A stretch of 63,599 bases of DNA, the filler included, from Octopus bimaculoides (taxonomy: Eukaryota), in NCBI RefSeq assembly GCF_001194135.2. It is 6 parts of 6 records of this genome, joined end to end, with 100 filler letters (N's around TTAATTAATTAA, not from the genome) between each part and the next. Parts side by side here need not be neighbours in the genome. Positions count along the whole stretch, not along the records: positions 1 to 30,151 come from NC_068982.1; 5 more parts are not named here. One strand, given 5' to 3'. Every line of letters begins with the position of its first letter. Within the stretch, counting starts at the first letter, position 1. A model generated the notes under the pieces. That model was not told the origin of the DNA. It searched no databases and saw only the letters and a list, made by a program, of their open reading frames with translations. Both the position numbers and the translations under genes were made by a program. This document shows positions 1 through 12,075 of this stretch, one piece after another.

Positions 1-48
<48 letters not shown>
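1..48. repeat. (TA)n microsatellite
   Basis: Pure TA dinucleotide run at window start; one of dozens of TA/CA/GA/TATC tracts in the window. Confidence 0.98.
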
Positions 49-52
<4 letters not shown>

Positions 53-1680
53 CTCAATACATTGTTGCTCGTATAGTAAGTGTAATGATTTGTAATTAAG
101 GCGGAATTGAAGCTCTTTTGAGTTTAGGGGGCTTAATTACTACCATTGCCTTCTGTACATGTCTGGTACCAAATCTTTTTGACTCCCGTGAGACGAAATT
201 CGAAGTTGATGACACTGGGATTCAACCTTAGAAAGCAGATATTAGGAAGAAGTCCCGTAAGTCATTGCGTCTCTGTCAATTCGGCTGATCCAGCAATGAG
301 TAAGTGGCAATACAAAAGGGACAAGCATAGAGAGATAATCCTTATAGAACTCTGAATACTCTATCCACACTTACTTCACTGATTACTAGCAGAAAAGAGG
401 TGAGATGCAAGTTGAGCTCACAGAAACTTGGAAGCAGAACACAATACAATGAACCTAAATGTAATTAGACCGCATTTAATAATTTCCACCGTTCGACATC
501 GTACGTACCCCAGAGAACCTCCAACCAACGTGGCTCCGTCTGCTAGAAGTGATAGGCAAATCTCCATGAAATAATGAACCCCTTCTCACAACAAAATTAA
601 CACCTTGCATAATGTAGTCCGGACAGGCTATGTCTGAAATACAAATACTGACAACAATAAAAATGACGCGCTCATCACATTTGAGATATCTTTGAATCGT
701 ATGTCTACCCATGTAGAGCTGATCTGATCCTCAGAACAACAACATTATCAACCAAGAATGGACAGTCTGTGACATTAAGTGCTACTGGAAATGGCATCCA
801 AATAGCACTTTTAGTGTAAAACAGAAAGAACACTTTGAATTATGTAGCATGCTTTGTTAATAAATAATGTTTGGAAATTAGAACAGCCAGATGGAATGGT
901 CAAGACTGGAACCACTATGAATATAGGTTTGCTCGAACATGAATGTGTTGGAGATAAGAACAACAACGATACACAAACACATGCATGCAACAATACAAAT
1001 ATACATACATGTGTGTCACTATGTTTACATGTAGCATGTGAAAAATAAAGAAGGGAACCTCTACGGTGTTATTAGCCTGTTCGAAACAATAGCTAACTTT
1101 CCAGAAATCATAACCTACTGTTTGAGCACGTAGGGTGTGAGATGACTGGGATCACATATTCCTGGGTTCGCTACACTTAGGCAAAATAAAGAACAGTCAA
1201 AGCTGAAATATTACTGAGCTCAACAACAACAAACAATAATTCTGATGTCAGATAATAAGGTCACAGTTGTTTTAATTGTATTTTTGATGTGTGTGTATAT
1301 ATATATATATATATATAATCGATTAAGGCTCCCTTAACACTTAGTCTTTTTTCACTGCAGTAGTGTTTGAACTCGCAAACCAAATACCAGAAGGTAACCT
1401 GATTCTGCCATCCGATGTCCTTTAAAATAACGCCACCTTCACCACGATCATCGGTAATAATAGTGGTTTCTGATTAAGGCACAGGGGATGGGATTAATTG
1501 ATAGCATTAACCCTAATACTGAGACTATTTCTGTATTTTATCCATCCTGGAAATATAAATATAAAATTTGACATCTGCAGGATTTGAACTTAGAACGTAG
1601 GGAGCAAAAACACAATAACGTAAAGCATTTTTTACAGACGCTCCAGCGATTCTTGTTAAACTCTCGTTTTACACCATCGA

Positions 1681-1797
<117 letters not shown>

Positions 1798-3502
1798 TTT
1801 ATTTCAATAATAATAATAGTAATAAATTTCGCTGAGGTTGACAGTGCCTTTTATAATTTCGGGGGTCGATGAAATAACTACCAATTGAGCACTAGGGCGA
1901 TGTAATCGACTAATCCTCTCCTCTAAAATTTCAGGCCTATAGTAGAAAGAATAACAACAATACTTTTTTCTAACATAGGAAACACTGCTGCAAAATTTAT
2001 TGGAGATTGAGTCGATTAAACTGACCCCAAACTGACCTACACGTAGTCACTCGTCCTACTTAAAACAACAGCCGAATCTCCCTCAAACCACTATGTGAAT
2101 ACTAAATGAAGACAAAAGCATTAAATCGTGAGGTCCTACGTAACTAAGAAAAAGATGTTAGGGTCATTATTGGGATGAATTTCTGTCATAGGTCTGTTCT
2201 CTCAATGCTGAACTGGGGCTAAATAACATTACCACCAATAACAAGAACAACAAAGAATACCAAACATTGGCGCAAGGATTACACATTTATAAGCTTGGGG
2301 ATTTTGAGGAAATTTAGTGAAGTTACATGCTGAGTTCGATGACGAATTTTTTTTGTTATTGAACTGTTAGCGACATTCATAGACCCTTGCGAGTGCGATG
2401 TTAAAGGGGGAATGTTGAATGGGATTGAACAGAAAAAAACTTAATGTAAATAAACGTAATTAAATATTGCATAACATTTTATCGCACGGTACTGTAATGA
2501 TTATGGGACTCTACTATTAAAACAACTACGACAACAGCTATAGCAGCAACAATAATAACAATGATATTTTCTGTGAACAACAATTATAGCAATGACAGTA
2601 AACAATGTTAAATATCAACAATAATAGCAACAAATATCATAATAATAGTGAACGGTAGAAATAGATTTCATATATATTTATGTGTGTGTAACTGTGTGCG
2701 TGTATATGTGTGTGTGAGTGTACAGTGCAAAACAACAAGGCTAATGACATAAGTCAGTATACATACCCGCATACCCGCAAATGTACTGATCTGTACTGAA
2801 GTTGCTGGGGGTACTTGTGAATGAAAAAGGAAGAGAGGCGATTTTTTCATACACAGACATACAGACAGACAAACAGACACAGAAGGGAGAGAGAATGATA
2901 GATGGACAAATAGAGAGATACATATATTTCATAGATAGAGATATAAATAGGGATACGAAATTATATATAAAAAAAGAGAAAAAAACAAGATAGAGGGAAA
3001 TAAATACTAGTCCTTCTCTATTTTATTTTATCCTTTTCTTTTCCCTCTCCTACTTCGACTCTTATTCACTTATTTCTACTGTTTTTAAAAGCTTTTCGTT
3101 TCCTGCTCCCTGGTAAAATTTTTTTAGGAGGGAATTTTTTTTTTCTAGGTGGACTGGAAGATACGGTGATATTGTAGTATTACGTTCTCTGCCACTTTGA
3201 AAAAGGTAATAAGGTTTTGTCGTTCGAAGATTTACTCGTAGAAACCCAGAATAAACAATCGGACTCGGTGTAAACAATTAGACTCAAACGCATTTCCAAG
3301 TACCGAGCAATTTATCCCATGTGTTTACTCNNNNNNNNNNNNNNNNNNNNNNNNNNNNNNNNNNNNNNNNNNNNNNNNNNNNNNNNNNNNNNNNNNNNNN
3401 NNNNNNNNNNNNNNNNNNNNNNNNNNNNNNNNNNNNNNNNNNNNNNNNNNNNNNNNNNNNNNNNNNNNNNNNNNNNNNNNNNNNNNNNNNNNNNNNNNNN
3501 NN

Positions 3503-3540
<38 letters not shown>

Positions 3541-3687
3541 CTACATATATGTATATATAAATATGCATACGTATATATACGAATATACATGTGTCTATAT
3601 ATATCGGTAAAATTTGCCACTGATATAATCATGTTAATGATTATATCCTCAATTTATAAGTATATATATAAATATATGTGTGTGTGC

Positions 3688-3718
<31 letters not shown>

Positions 3719-4058
3719 TGTCTCATCAGAGTGTGTGAGTACAGGCAGTATATATATGTACAAGAATATGAATATGAATTTTGCGTGTATATATATAAAA
3801 CATATGAGAACAGAGTGTAATGCAGTCTTGAAACTTAATAGCAATAAAAATTAATTAAAGCTTAGATTCCACGTAGTAGTTACTCGGATCCCCCGCGTTG
3901 TTGCATCTCAGTCCGATTGATTGACAGAATCATCAGTGTTGGAAAATAATGTTTGTGTAGTATTCGTTCCAACTAAATGTACTTATATCCAATCTCGTTA
4001 AGAGCAACTAGCAATATTGCCGGCTCTTTTCACATGTTAAATCTCTTTCTCTCCCTCT

Positions 4059-4107
<49 letters not shown>

Positions 4108-4457
4108 AATGATATCTTACACGTATACATATTTAATGCTTATATGTTTTAAAACATGACCGCACTCATCANNNNNNNNNNNNNNNNNNNNNNNNNNNNN
4201 NNNNNNNNNNNNNNNNNNNNNNNNNNNNNNNNNNNNNNNNNNNNNNNNNNNNNNNNNNNNNNNNNNNNNNNNNNNNNNNNNNNNNNNNNNNNNNNNNNNN
4301 NNNNNNNNNNNNNNNNNNNNNNNNNNNNNNNNNNNNNNNNNNNNNNNNNNNNNNNNNNNNNNNNNNNNNNNNNNNNNNNNNNNNNNNNNNNNNNNNNNNN
4401 NNNNNNNNNNNNNNNTATATATATATATATATATATTTGTGTGTGTGTGTGTGTGTG

Positions 4458-4632
4458 TGTGTCTGGGGAGAGTCATTTTCTTATTGTGCCTTTAAAATTT
4501 AACACACTCACCGTTAAAATTTCCACTTATTTCTTATTTTTATTTTCCTAAAATTTTCGTTGCGTCTTGCAACCTTTTCAATAGTCTTGACTCTTTTAAG
4601 GCAAAATAAGAAAATGACTCTCCCCAGACACA
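4458..4632. mobile_element. MITE-like element with ~37-bp terminal inverted repeats
   Basis: tgtgtctggggagagtcattttcttattgtgcctt (from 4458) is the near-perfect reverse complement of aaggcaaaataagaaaatgactctccccagacaca (ending 4632); non-coding interior. Confidence 0.75.
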
Positions 4633-4636
4633 ACAG

Positions 4637-5048
4637 AATATGCTTCAACACACGAAATCACATAAAAGATCTTGCAAACCAAACCCAAAAACGAAATATA
4701 TACATACACCATCAACGAGAGAATGAATCTCAACCACCTTTTGTGAGCACAATTTGTGACAGATAATACCTTTCTTTTCCTGAGTTCAAATCTCATTTGC
4801 GGATCCATGAAAAATGAACTTCTACCAATTACTCTGCCTATCTATCTGTACGTGCATGTCGATCTCATGTATGCCATAAGGTCTGCAAATATAACGGAGG
4901 CCTCAAAGGACATTTTAATATCTACAAAGATCAGACCTTAAATTGCAGCACTTGGTAGTCCAAAGCAGATATGCAATTTATGTGGGTGTCTTTTCAAGAC
5001 ATTGTCTAGTTTTAAAAGCCACATCAAACGTCATAATAGATCTAAAGT
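4637..5048 (+). pseudogene. Decayed C2H2 zinc-finger array (3 fingers plus a partial one)
   Basis: Manual translation: partial NMLQHTKSH (frame 2); PFVSTICDR*YLSFPEFKSHLRIH (frame 3, first Cys as Ser, internal stop); CRSHVCHKVCKYNGGLKGHFNIY (C-x4-C-x12-H-x3-Y); intact CNLCGCLFKTLSSFKSHIKRH (frame 1, from 4972), followed by a GTAAGT donor at 5049. Confidence 0.8.
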
Positions 5049-5096
5049 GTAAGTACAAGAAGTGGTCAGACTATGCATAAGGAATAGACAACCACC

Positions 5097-5127
<31 letters not shown>

Positions 5128-5479
5128 TGTATGTATGTATGTATGTATCTATGAATGCATGCATGTAACAGTAGGATTACACATGGTTGCTTGAGTGAAA
5201 TATATTTTTGTTGTGAAACTTTAATGACTTGCTAGCAAATTTTCATACAATACATTTGAATATTATTATATTTGCTAATATTTACCATCGTAATGCAAAT
5301 TTTTAAATGAAGGTTTCTGTGACGTGTGAAGCTTTTGAGACAATATTCATTGATAATTTTAGTTTTATGTCATCTGATGAAAATTGTATGTCTTTCGAAA
5401 ATACTTTATATAGTTCCTGGTAATACTAGATTTGTGTGCGACATAAAACAGATGAAATTCTAACAGAAATGTTTATCAT

Positions 5480-6720
5480 TCAACGCTGTTTTGGACAGTC
5501 AACATTTCTTAGTTTGGTGCTTTGATGAAAAGATCCTGCTTGGTCCAATACGTGACCATGGAATATTGCTAGCTACGAGAAAAACATATACTTGTCTGTT
5601 TATCTCAACAAACCTGAGAGACTTCCATAAGCCCTGTTGACGATCATAGAAAATTGAAATGCTTGAACTGAAAATGTATGCCTCCTGGGATGAAGGTAAA
5701 ACGTGGAATGAAAACTTTTGACACAAACATTCATAATGATGATGTCGATGAAAAAGAGTATAGCCGGCACCATTTCCCCTAAATGAAATGAAACATTCGC
5801 AAACTGAGAGAAGAACTCACTCAATGAAGTGCAATTTTTACATTAGTAGAAAGATTATTTCCTTTCCAAATACAGGTATCTTGGCATGTTCCGAACTCAC
5901 CAGAGTGCAGCACTGCGACTCCACCAGTGATCTTAACGCTGCCTCTGAGATCTTGTAAGGTAAGATCGAAATGCAAGTCTCTCAGACAGTGTAGACTCAT
6001 ACTTTCAACTTTGTCTGCTTCAGAACATCTTAATGACTTTGCTAAAATTGTACACAAAACTGCCATGATGCGCTAAGTTGACTAACAACATAAAGGCAGA
6101 ATGAACAATACTGCCGTCTATGTATCAAGTTGAAACAAATGTAGATTAGGCCACTCGAATAGCAAGCTCCTTTTGTATCAAACTTTGCTCCACTAGAAAC
6201 ATCAAGGAAAATTATTCCTTCCAAATCAGATGTTACCGCTACTTAATTCTTGCAAAACCATTTTCTTTTATCTGAAACTAAAACCAATTCCGTTCCAGTT
6301 TTTGCATTTCATAACTGGTTGTTATCTCCCGGTTGAGAGTTGCAAATACTGTTCGAGTTGCAATTGCTGTTGGAGTGTGTGCAATTGCTATTCAAGAACC
6401 TTGTTAGCCTATACAATATTCTCAATGAGGCTCTAAGTTTAGTTGTACGTGATAGAAATAAAATCTAGGTACGGTTCTTTTTTTACTCTTGATGTACTTG
6501 ATGCAATAAGCGTTTTGCCATGCTGTCCTTGAGATTATGTGAATATTACTGAGGATTGTTGGTGAATAACCATGAAAATTATAGCAGACAAGATCCTTAT
6601 CTGGTTTGGGAAATACGGGCTTCTTCCAATTTAGTTAAAGTTTGCATCATTCCGCAGCAAGTATCTTCTCTGGTAGGCTGCGCGATATCCTGCCGTGAGA
6701 TGTCAAGCCACTGTTTTGCA
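5480..6720 (-). mobile_element. Helitron Rep/Pif1-helicase remnant (degenerate)
   Basis: Fragments across frames match Helitron motifs in the right order: QIRILSAII, NLKDSMAKRLLHQ, EGIIFLDVSSGAK (Walker A region), LAIRVA..IDGSIVHSAF, DLTLQDLRGSVKITGGVAVLHSGEF (GGxxVLxxGDF), SQFANVSFHLGE. Many stops and frameshifts. Confidence 0.85.
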
Positions 6721-6988
6721 GCAGATTCTGGAATGAGTTTGGATCATAAATATGGTGCAAGAGTTGACTGAGATTGGAATAGATCACTAAATTACTTCAG
6801 TTAGAAATCATATTTTGAAATAATTATTTGGAACGTAGGAGATTATTTTTTATGGTTTCACATTTGAATTTGTATATAATGTTTTCAAAACAAGTTTATA
6901 CTTAAAATGAACTTCAGTTATCAAAAACAATACAGGGAGGTAATTATATTCCACACGAAACCTTAATGCCATATTAGAATTCTGGCAT

Positions 6989-7095
6989 TAAATAGTACAT
7001 ATTCTGTCTTTAAATAGTACATAATTCATGGCTTTAAATATTACATAATTCATGGCTTTATATATTACATAATTCATGGCCTTAAATAGTACACG
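6989..7095. repeat. 24-bp minisatellite (taaatagtacataattcatggctt), ~4.5 copies
   Basis: Tandem units start at about 6989, 7011, 7035, 7059 and 7083. Confidence 0.85.
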
Positions 7096-7414
7096 ATTTG
7101 AAATAAAATGCATTATTTTACGATTAAATTATTTGTTTGTATTACTAAAATATTGAGATTTTATGTTCTCACTGTTAATTCTTTATAAAATTTGAAATAT
7201 ATTGGAAACTTATAAAAAAATATCAATCTAACGTATAGAGCTTGGAATCTGAATATTTTAGAAATATAAACAAATTAAAATGTGAAGCAATGAAAAGATT
7301 ACGTAGTTTTTATCTTCCATAGGGTTTGAAACCGTGTAATAACTTTTCGAAAATGTGACGTTTATATGCTTGATTTAAGTAACGATAGAATTTCTGATAA
7401 TTATTTCTGTCAAT

Positions 7415-8040
7415 GCAGCGAGCTGACAGAAGCGTTAGCACAACCAGCGAAATGTGTAGCGGTATTCTGTTAGTCTTTACGTTTAGAGTTCAACTTCTGC
7501 CGATGTCGAATTTGCCTTTCATCCGTTCGGGGTCGATAAATTAAGTACCAGTTACGCATTGGGGTCGATGTAATCGACTTAATACTCTTGTCTGCCCTTG
7601 TTTGTCCTCTCTATGTTTAGCCCCTTGAGGGCAATAAAGAAATAAGAAACATTAGCACGCCGAGCGAAATGCTTAGCGGTATTTCGTCTGTCTTTACGTT
7701 CTGAGTTCAGATTCCGCCGAGGTTGACTTTGCCTTTCATCCTTTTGGGGTCGATAAATTAAGTACCAGTTACGCACTGGGGTCGATGTAATCGACTTAAT
7801 CCGTTCGTCTGTTCTTGTTTGTTCCCTCTATGTTTAGCCCCTTGTGGGCAATAACGAAATAGGTATTTTGTCTGTCTTTACGTTCTGATGAGTTCAAATT
7901 CTGCCAATGTCGACTTTGCCTTCCATCCTTTCAGGTTCGATAAATTAAGTACCAGTTGCGTACTGGAGTCGATCTAATCGACTGACCTCCCCCCCCTCTC
8001 CAAAAATTTCGGGCCTTGTGCCTAGAGTAGAAAAGAATAT
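7415..8040 (+). mobile_element. Three head-to-tail copies of a tRNA-derived SINE (family B)
   Basis: Repeated unit ...gcgaaatgcttagcggtatttcgtctgtctttacgttctgagttcaaattccgccgaggtcgactttgcctttcatcc..ggggtcgataaattaagtaccag... at about 7415-7647, 7648-7863 and 7864-8040; B-box-like GAGTTCAAATTC. Confidence 0.9.
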
Positions 8041-8971
8041 TTATTCCAGCCATCCATATATATATCATGAGAAATGAGTGAGAAAGCGTGTGAGGAATAT
8101 TGAAGAAACACTGATAGAGAGAGAACTGAAAACTTGTTTGGCGCAGCAAAAATTCTGTACCTAACATTACTACATATTTAATACTCTGTTCCAGTTGAAT
8201 ACTTCTCAACATTTCTTAATTCATCTTCTTTTATCCCAAAGAAACCTCGGACCCTCAAACAAAAGCTACCGGGTCACCTAGTAGTTTTGTTTGCACATTA
8301 TTCCGAATTGCTTCTAGGTCTCTCTGCGAACATTGATAGAAAATTGTTGAGAAATTTCGATGTTGTTTGAAGATAAACATCAACGTTTATACACACACAA
8401 ACATTTATATTTACAAGCACATATACATATGCGTGTGAAACATGTAAAATATTGCTTATAATATTTCAATAATCGCCTGGATTTTTCGATCCATACTGCA
8501 TCGCACATATCCCTTGTGGTTATGATTATCTTGTTCATGCAGTAACCACTTCAGATCGGACAAAACGGCATCTCATCCGACCATACAGTGACTACTAGTT
8601 TCACTAATAGCCGAATATTTTTCTTTACTTTCAGCTATGGTCTTTCTCTCTAATGTTAATATTTTGGCGTTTGTATATTTATTTATTCTTTTCTGAATTT
8701 GAATGTTCATAAATGGGAAATCTTAATTGTAATACTCTCAGACGTTTCTAATGATACAAGATACAAGAACGAATGAGAATCATCTTGTTTAACTCCAAAA
8801 GCAACATAAGGTAGTTTTAACTTGCAGTGTTTACTAAATGAATTTCAATGTTTGAAGGAGTGCTTTCTCAATAGATAACTCCTGATTAAATTGGCGGTAT
8901 TGAATAACCGGGCTCCAGCACTGTATTACCGCCGTCTGAATGAAACATGTGCAGCGTCAGCAGATGTGAGT

Positions 8972-9024
<53 letters not shown>

Positions 9025-9084
9025 AAACTGAACCCGGAGACGTTTTAGGTGGTTGAGTATGTCTCAGATACTGATACAGCATTT

Positions 9085-9395
9085 TCAAAAACATCTTTTC
9101 TGAACAAGATTCAACAAGTTCAGAATTTAAACCTTAATCATTCTCAGCTGCCTATTAAATTTTTGCTACTCAGTTCTAGAGAAGATAACTTTCAGAATTT
9201 TTTGGTTATGAGAGATGGAGCCCATTTTCATTTAAATGATTTCTTTAAGAAGCAAAATTGTAGAATTGGGTCACACAGAATCTGAGTCTGTCATGCGAGA
9301 CACGTGTACCTTGCTCCGAGTGATGTAGAGTGACATAACGTAAGGGTACAGTATTAGCCAATTCTATGGGGTATAGGATCATTTTTGGAGATTTC
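9085..9395 (+). mobile_element. Tc1/mariner-superfamily transposase remnant
   Basis: KIQQVQNL...VMRDGAHFHLNDFFKKQNCRIGS resembles YKIQLVQEL...FSDEAHFHLNGYVNKQNCRIW; downstream WGIGSFLE resembles GIIGPYFFE. Confidence 0.85.
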
Positions 9396-9516
9396 TTTAA
9401 GATTTGAATGCCAAGTGTTCTTCAGATGTCATTCCTGTTTTTCAGCTACTATTTTCAGAAAGACATTTTTGCCCCTCTCCTCCTCCAGTTCTTTCATTTT
9501 TCACATTTTTCCGTAA

Positions 9517-9672
9517 CTCTAACCCTAAAATCTCAACCATGACCCTAACCCTAAAGTCCTAACCCTAACCCTAAAACCTTAACCATATCCCTAAAACCCC
9601 AACCCTAACCCTAACTTTAAAACCTATCCCTAACCCTAAAACCCTAACCCTGACCCTAAAACCCTAACCCTA
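9517..9672 (+). repeat. Interstitial telomere-like (CCCTAA)n degenerate array running into a gap
   Basis: Multiple CCCTAA units interspersed with variants (CCCTAAAA, CCCTGA, CCATA, CCTTAA). Confidence 0.85.
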
Positions 9673-10416
9673 NNNNNNNNNNNNNNNNNNNNNNNNNNNN
9701 NNNNNNNNNNNNNNNNNNNNNNNNNNNNNNNNNNNNNNNNNNNNNNNNNNNNNNNNNNNNNNNNNNNNNNNNNNNNNNNNNNNNNNNNNNNNNNNNNNNN
9801 NNNNNNNNNNNNNNNNNNNNNNNNNNNNNNNNNNNNNNNNNNNNNNNNNNNNNNNNNNNNNNNNNNNNNNNNNNNNNNNNNNNNNNNNNNNNNNNNNNNN
9901 NNNNNNNNNNNNNNNNNNNNNNNNNNNNNNNNNNNNNNNNNNNNNNNNNNNNNNNNNNNNNNNNNNNNNNNNNNNNNNNNNNNNNNNNNNNNNNNNNNNN
10001 NNNNNNNNNNNNNNNNNNNNNNNNNNNNNNNNNNNNNNNNNNNNNNNNNNNNNNNNNNNNNNNNNNNNNNNNNNNNNNNNNNNNNNNNNNNNNNNNNNNN
10101 NNNNNNNNNNNNNNNNNNNNNNNNNNNNNNNNNNNNNNNNNNNNNNNNNNNNNNNNNNNNNNNNNNNNNNNNNNNNNNNNNNNNNNNNNNNNNNNNNNNN
10201 NNNNNNNNNNNNNNNNNNNNNNNNNNNNNNNNNNNNNNNNNNNNNNNNNNNNNNNNNNNNNNNNNNNNNNNNNNNNNNNNNNNNNNNNNNNNNNNNNNNN
10301 NNNNNNNNNNNNNNNNNNNNNNNNNNNNNNNNNNNNNNNNNNNNNNNNNNNNNNNNNNNNNNNNNNNNNNNNNNNNNNNNNNNNNNNNNNNNNNNNNNNN
10401 NNNNNNNNNNNNNNNN

Positions 10417-10451
<35 letters not shown>

Positions 10452-10459
10452 CTTTCAAT

Positions 10460-11225
10460 AAAAATACGGTGAAATTTCTGAAGTATCTGAGATTGTAAAG
10501 CTGCCAATAAAGAAATATAGGGAAACGAGAAAGGATTTCCCATATGACATTGGGAACTTCAGTGTCATGACCTCTGATAGGTTACTTCAGATTTTCCCCG
10601 GGGAATCCCTCACGAAGATATTTTATAGACCCGATTATCTACAGAAAACCATTAATTTAGGGGGCCCACCTTTCTTCTTTTTTACAAATATGATAGCTTT
10701 CAGAGTGAGTTGCATAGAGGCACGTTGGCTGGATTCAACTTAGAAGCTAGGACGCTTTCTTCCATGAGCTCACATCAGTAGCGATGGATATATGAGAGCA
10801 ATTTGCGAGACCAGAATTTCGGACACATGTACTATGCCAATAATTTTTGATGTCTTTGGGATCTATACATCTCTGAAGCGACCTAGATCGGTCGTGCTGT
10901 TTCGAAAAGGCCTGGGTCTTGAGATACAGTCGCTCTTCCTGGACTCAGACAGCAAGCTGTTAGTTCTTGATGTAAACAGTAACGAAGATGGTGCCTTCAA
11001 ACCAATGACTCTCTACACCCCGATAAGAGCGTAGTAACAGAATTTCTTCAAGCGTCTAGAGGATTTTCTGCGAATGCGGGGGTGGTGAACACCAACATTG
11101 TATTTGTTATTTCTTACCGCTTGTTAGTTGTACATCGTCCTGCTTAATGGCTGACCAAATTGAAGAGCTTTCTGTTTCACTTTCTGTAGAGGGGATGGTT
11201 TCTGCTGGTTAGACGGTCTATGTAG
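10460..11225 (+). mobile_element. L1/Tx1-type LINE remnant: APE endonuclease joined to a post-RT segment
   Basis: AICETRI...VVLFRKGLGLEIQSLFLDSDSKLLVLDVNSNEDGAFKPMTLYTP...NFFKRLEDFL is an APE domain; YRLLVVHRPA*WLTKLKSFLFHFL*RG from 11115 matches the region C-terminal to L1/Tx1 RT. Confidence 0.8.
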
Positions 11226-11901
11226 TAATGGACATGCTGTGACTAATGATGCACTGATAAATAATGATACTGCTACATCTCCAGTGCTTCTTGGTCTCCT
11301 TTGTCAAAAATGTGGTCCCCTTTTATCAAACTCATCTTTGATAGTTCAAATCCCGCCGAGGTTTGCCTTTCATCCGTTCGGCGTCGATAAAATAAGAACA
11401 AATCAGTCACTGGGGTGGATGCAATCGATTGATTTCCCTCTCCAAATTTCTGGACTTTTGCTAAAATTTGAAGTAATTATTAAGAGGCGAGCTACAGAAC
11501 CGTTAGCGTGTCGGACAAAATGCTTTGCATCGTTTCTTCCGGCTCACTACTTTTCAATTGAATGTTTGAAAGAATTGTTATTTTTCAATAGTACCTCTAT
11601 AATATTCTAGTTGTATTTAGAATTCTAGTTGCATTTTAAATGTAACTGAAAATGTTCCCTCTTTATAAAACTGGGACCCCTTGTTGAACCATTTAGATAT
11701 CTATTCCGCATAAGCCGGTTTTCAGTAAATAATACTATTTGGTTTTGCTCTCAAAACCAGCTCTCTTAATTTCATATTGAACAGCGCAAAGTAACACCCA
11801 AATAGATGAAACGAAAAAGCAAAAGTGCATACGTTGTGTCAATAGTTTGCAGCATTTTGGTAATTTATTTGCTTTCTGCGTGAAGTTACGACGAAAGTAG
11901 C

Positions 11902-12071
11902 CTAACATTCGAAATAGAAGCCATCGTGTTGCACCGTCTGAAGTCAAGTTTCTGTCAGTTCTTTGATCCCACGCTAATGTAATTTCTTGTCCTTTGAGAT
12001 GAAGAATTCCTTCATTGACGCTTCATCCGCATTTTAGGTTGATGAACCGCCGCGACTGAATGAAACGAGCC
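11902..12071 (-). mobile_element. mariner (DD34D) transposase C-terminus
   Basis: ARFIQSRRFINL / EASMKEFFISKDKKLH*RGIKELTET*LQTVQHDGFYFEC* matches the mariner C-terminal pattern (KEFFASK...RGIEELPERW..VIEHDGxYF). Confidence 0.85.
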
Positions 12072-12075
12072 TTGG

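Noticed and set aside
49-990. Complex sequence with short protein-like stretches (e.g. EWTVCDIKCYWKWHP)
   Set aside because: Multiple stops and no family I can name; probably an old transposon, left unannotated.
3148-3210. Plus-strand exon-like segment (tttttctAG ... aagGTAATA)
   Set aside because: All three frames contain stops; the region looks like a decayed transposon.
5365-5410. CTGATGA...GAAA hammerhead-like spacing
   Set aside because: Stem II, helix I and helix III do not pair convincingly.
5499-5726. Apparent GPCR DRY-like motif (SISIFYDRQQGLWKSLRF)
   Set aside because: The surrounding frames give ordered Helitron helicase motifs; the resemblance is coincidental.
7415-8040. Regularly repeated units resembling a CRISPR array or tRNA cluster
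   Set aside because: Units are >170-bp SINE copies with no unique spacers and no complete cloverleaf; the context is eukaryotic.
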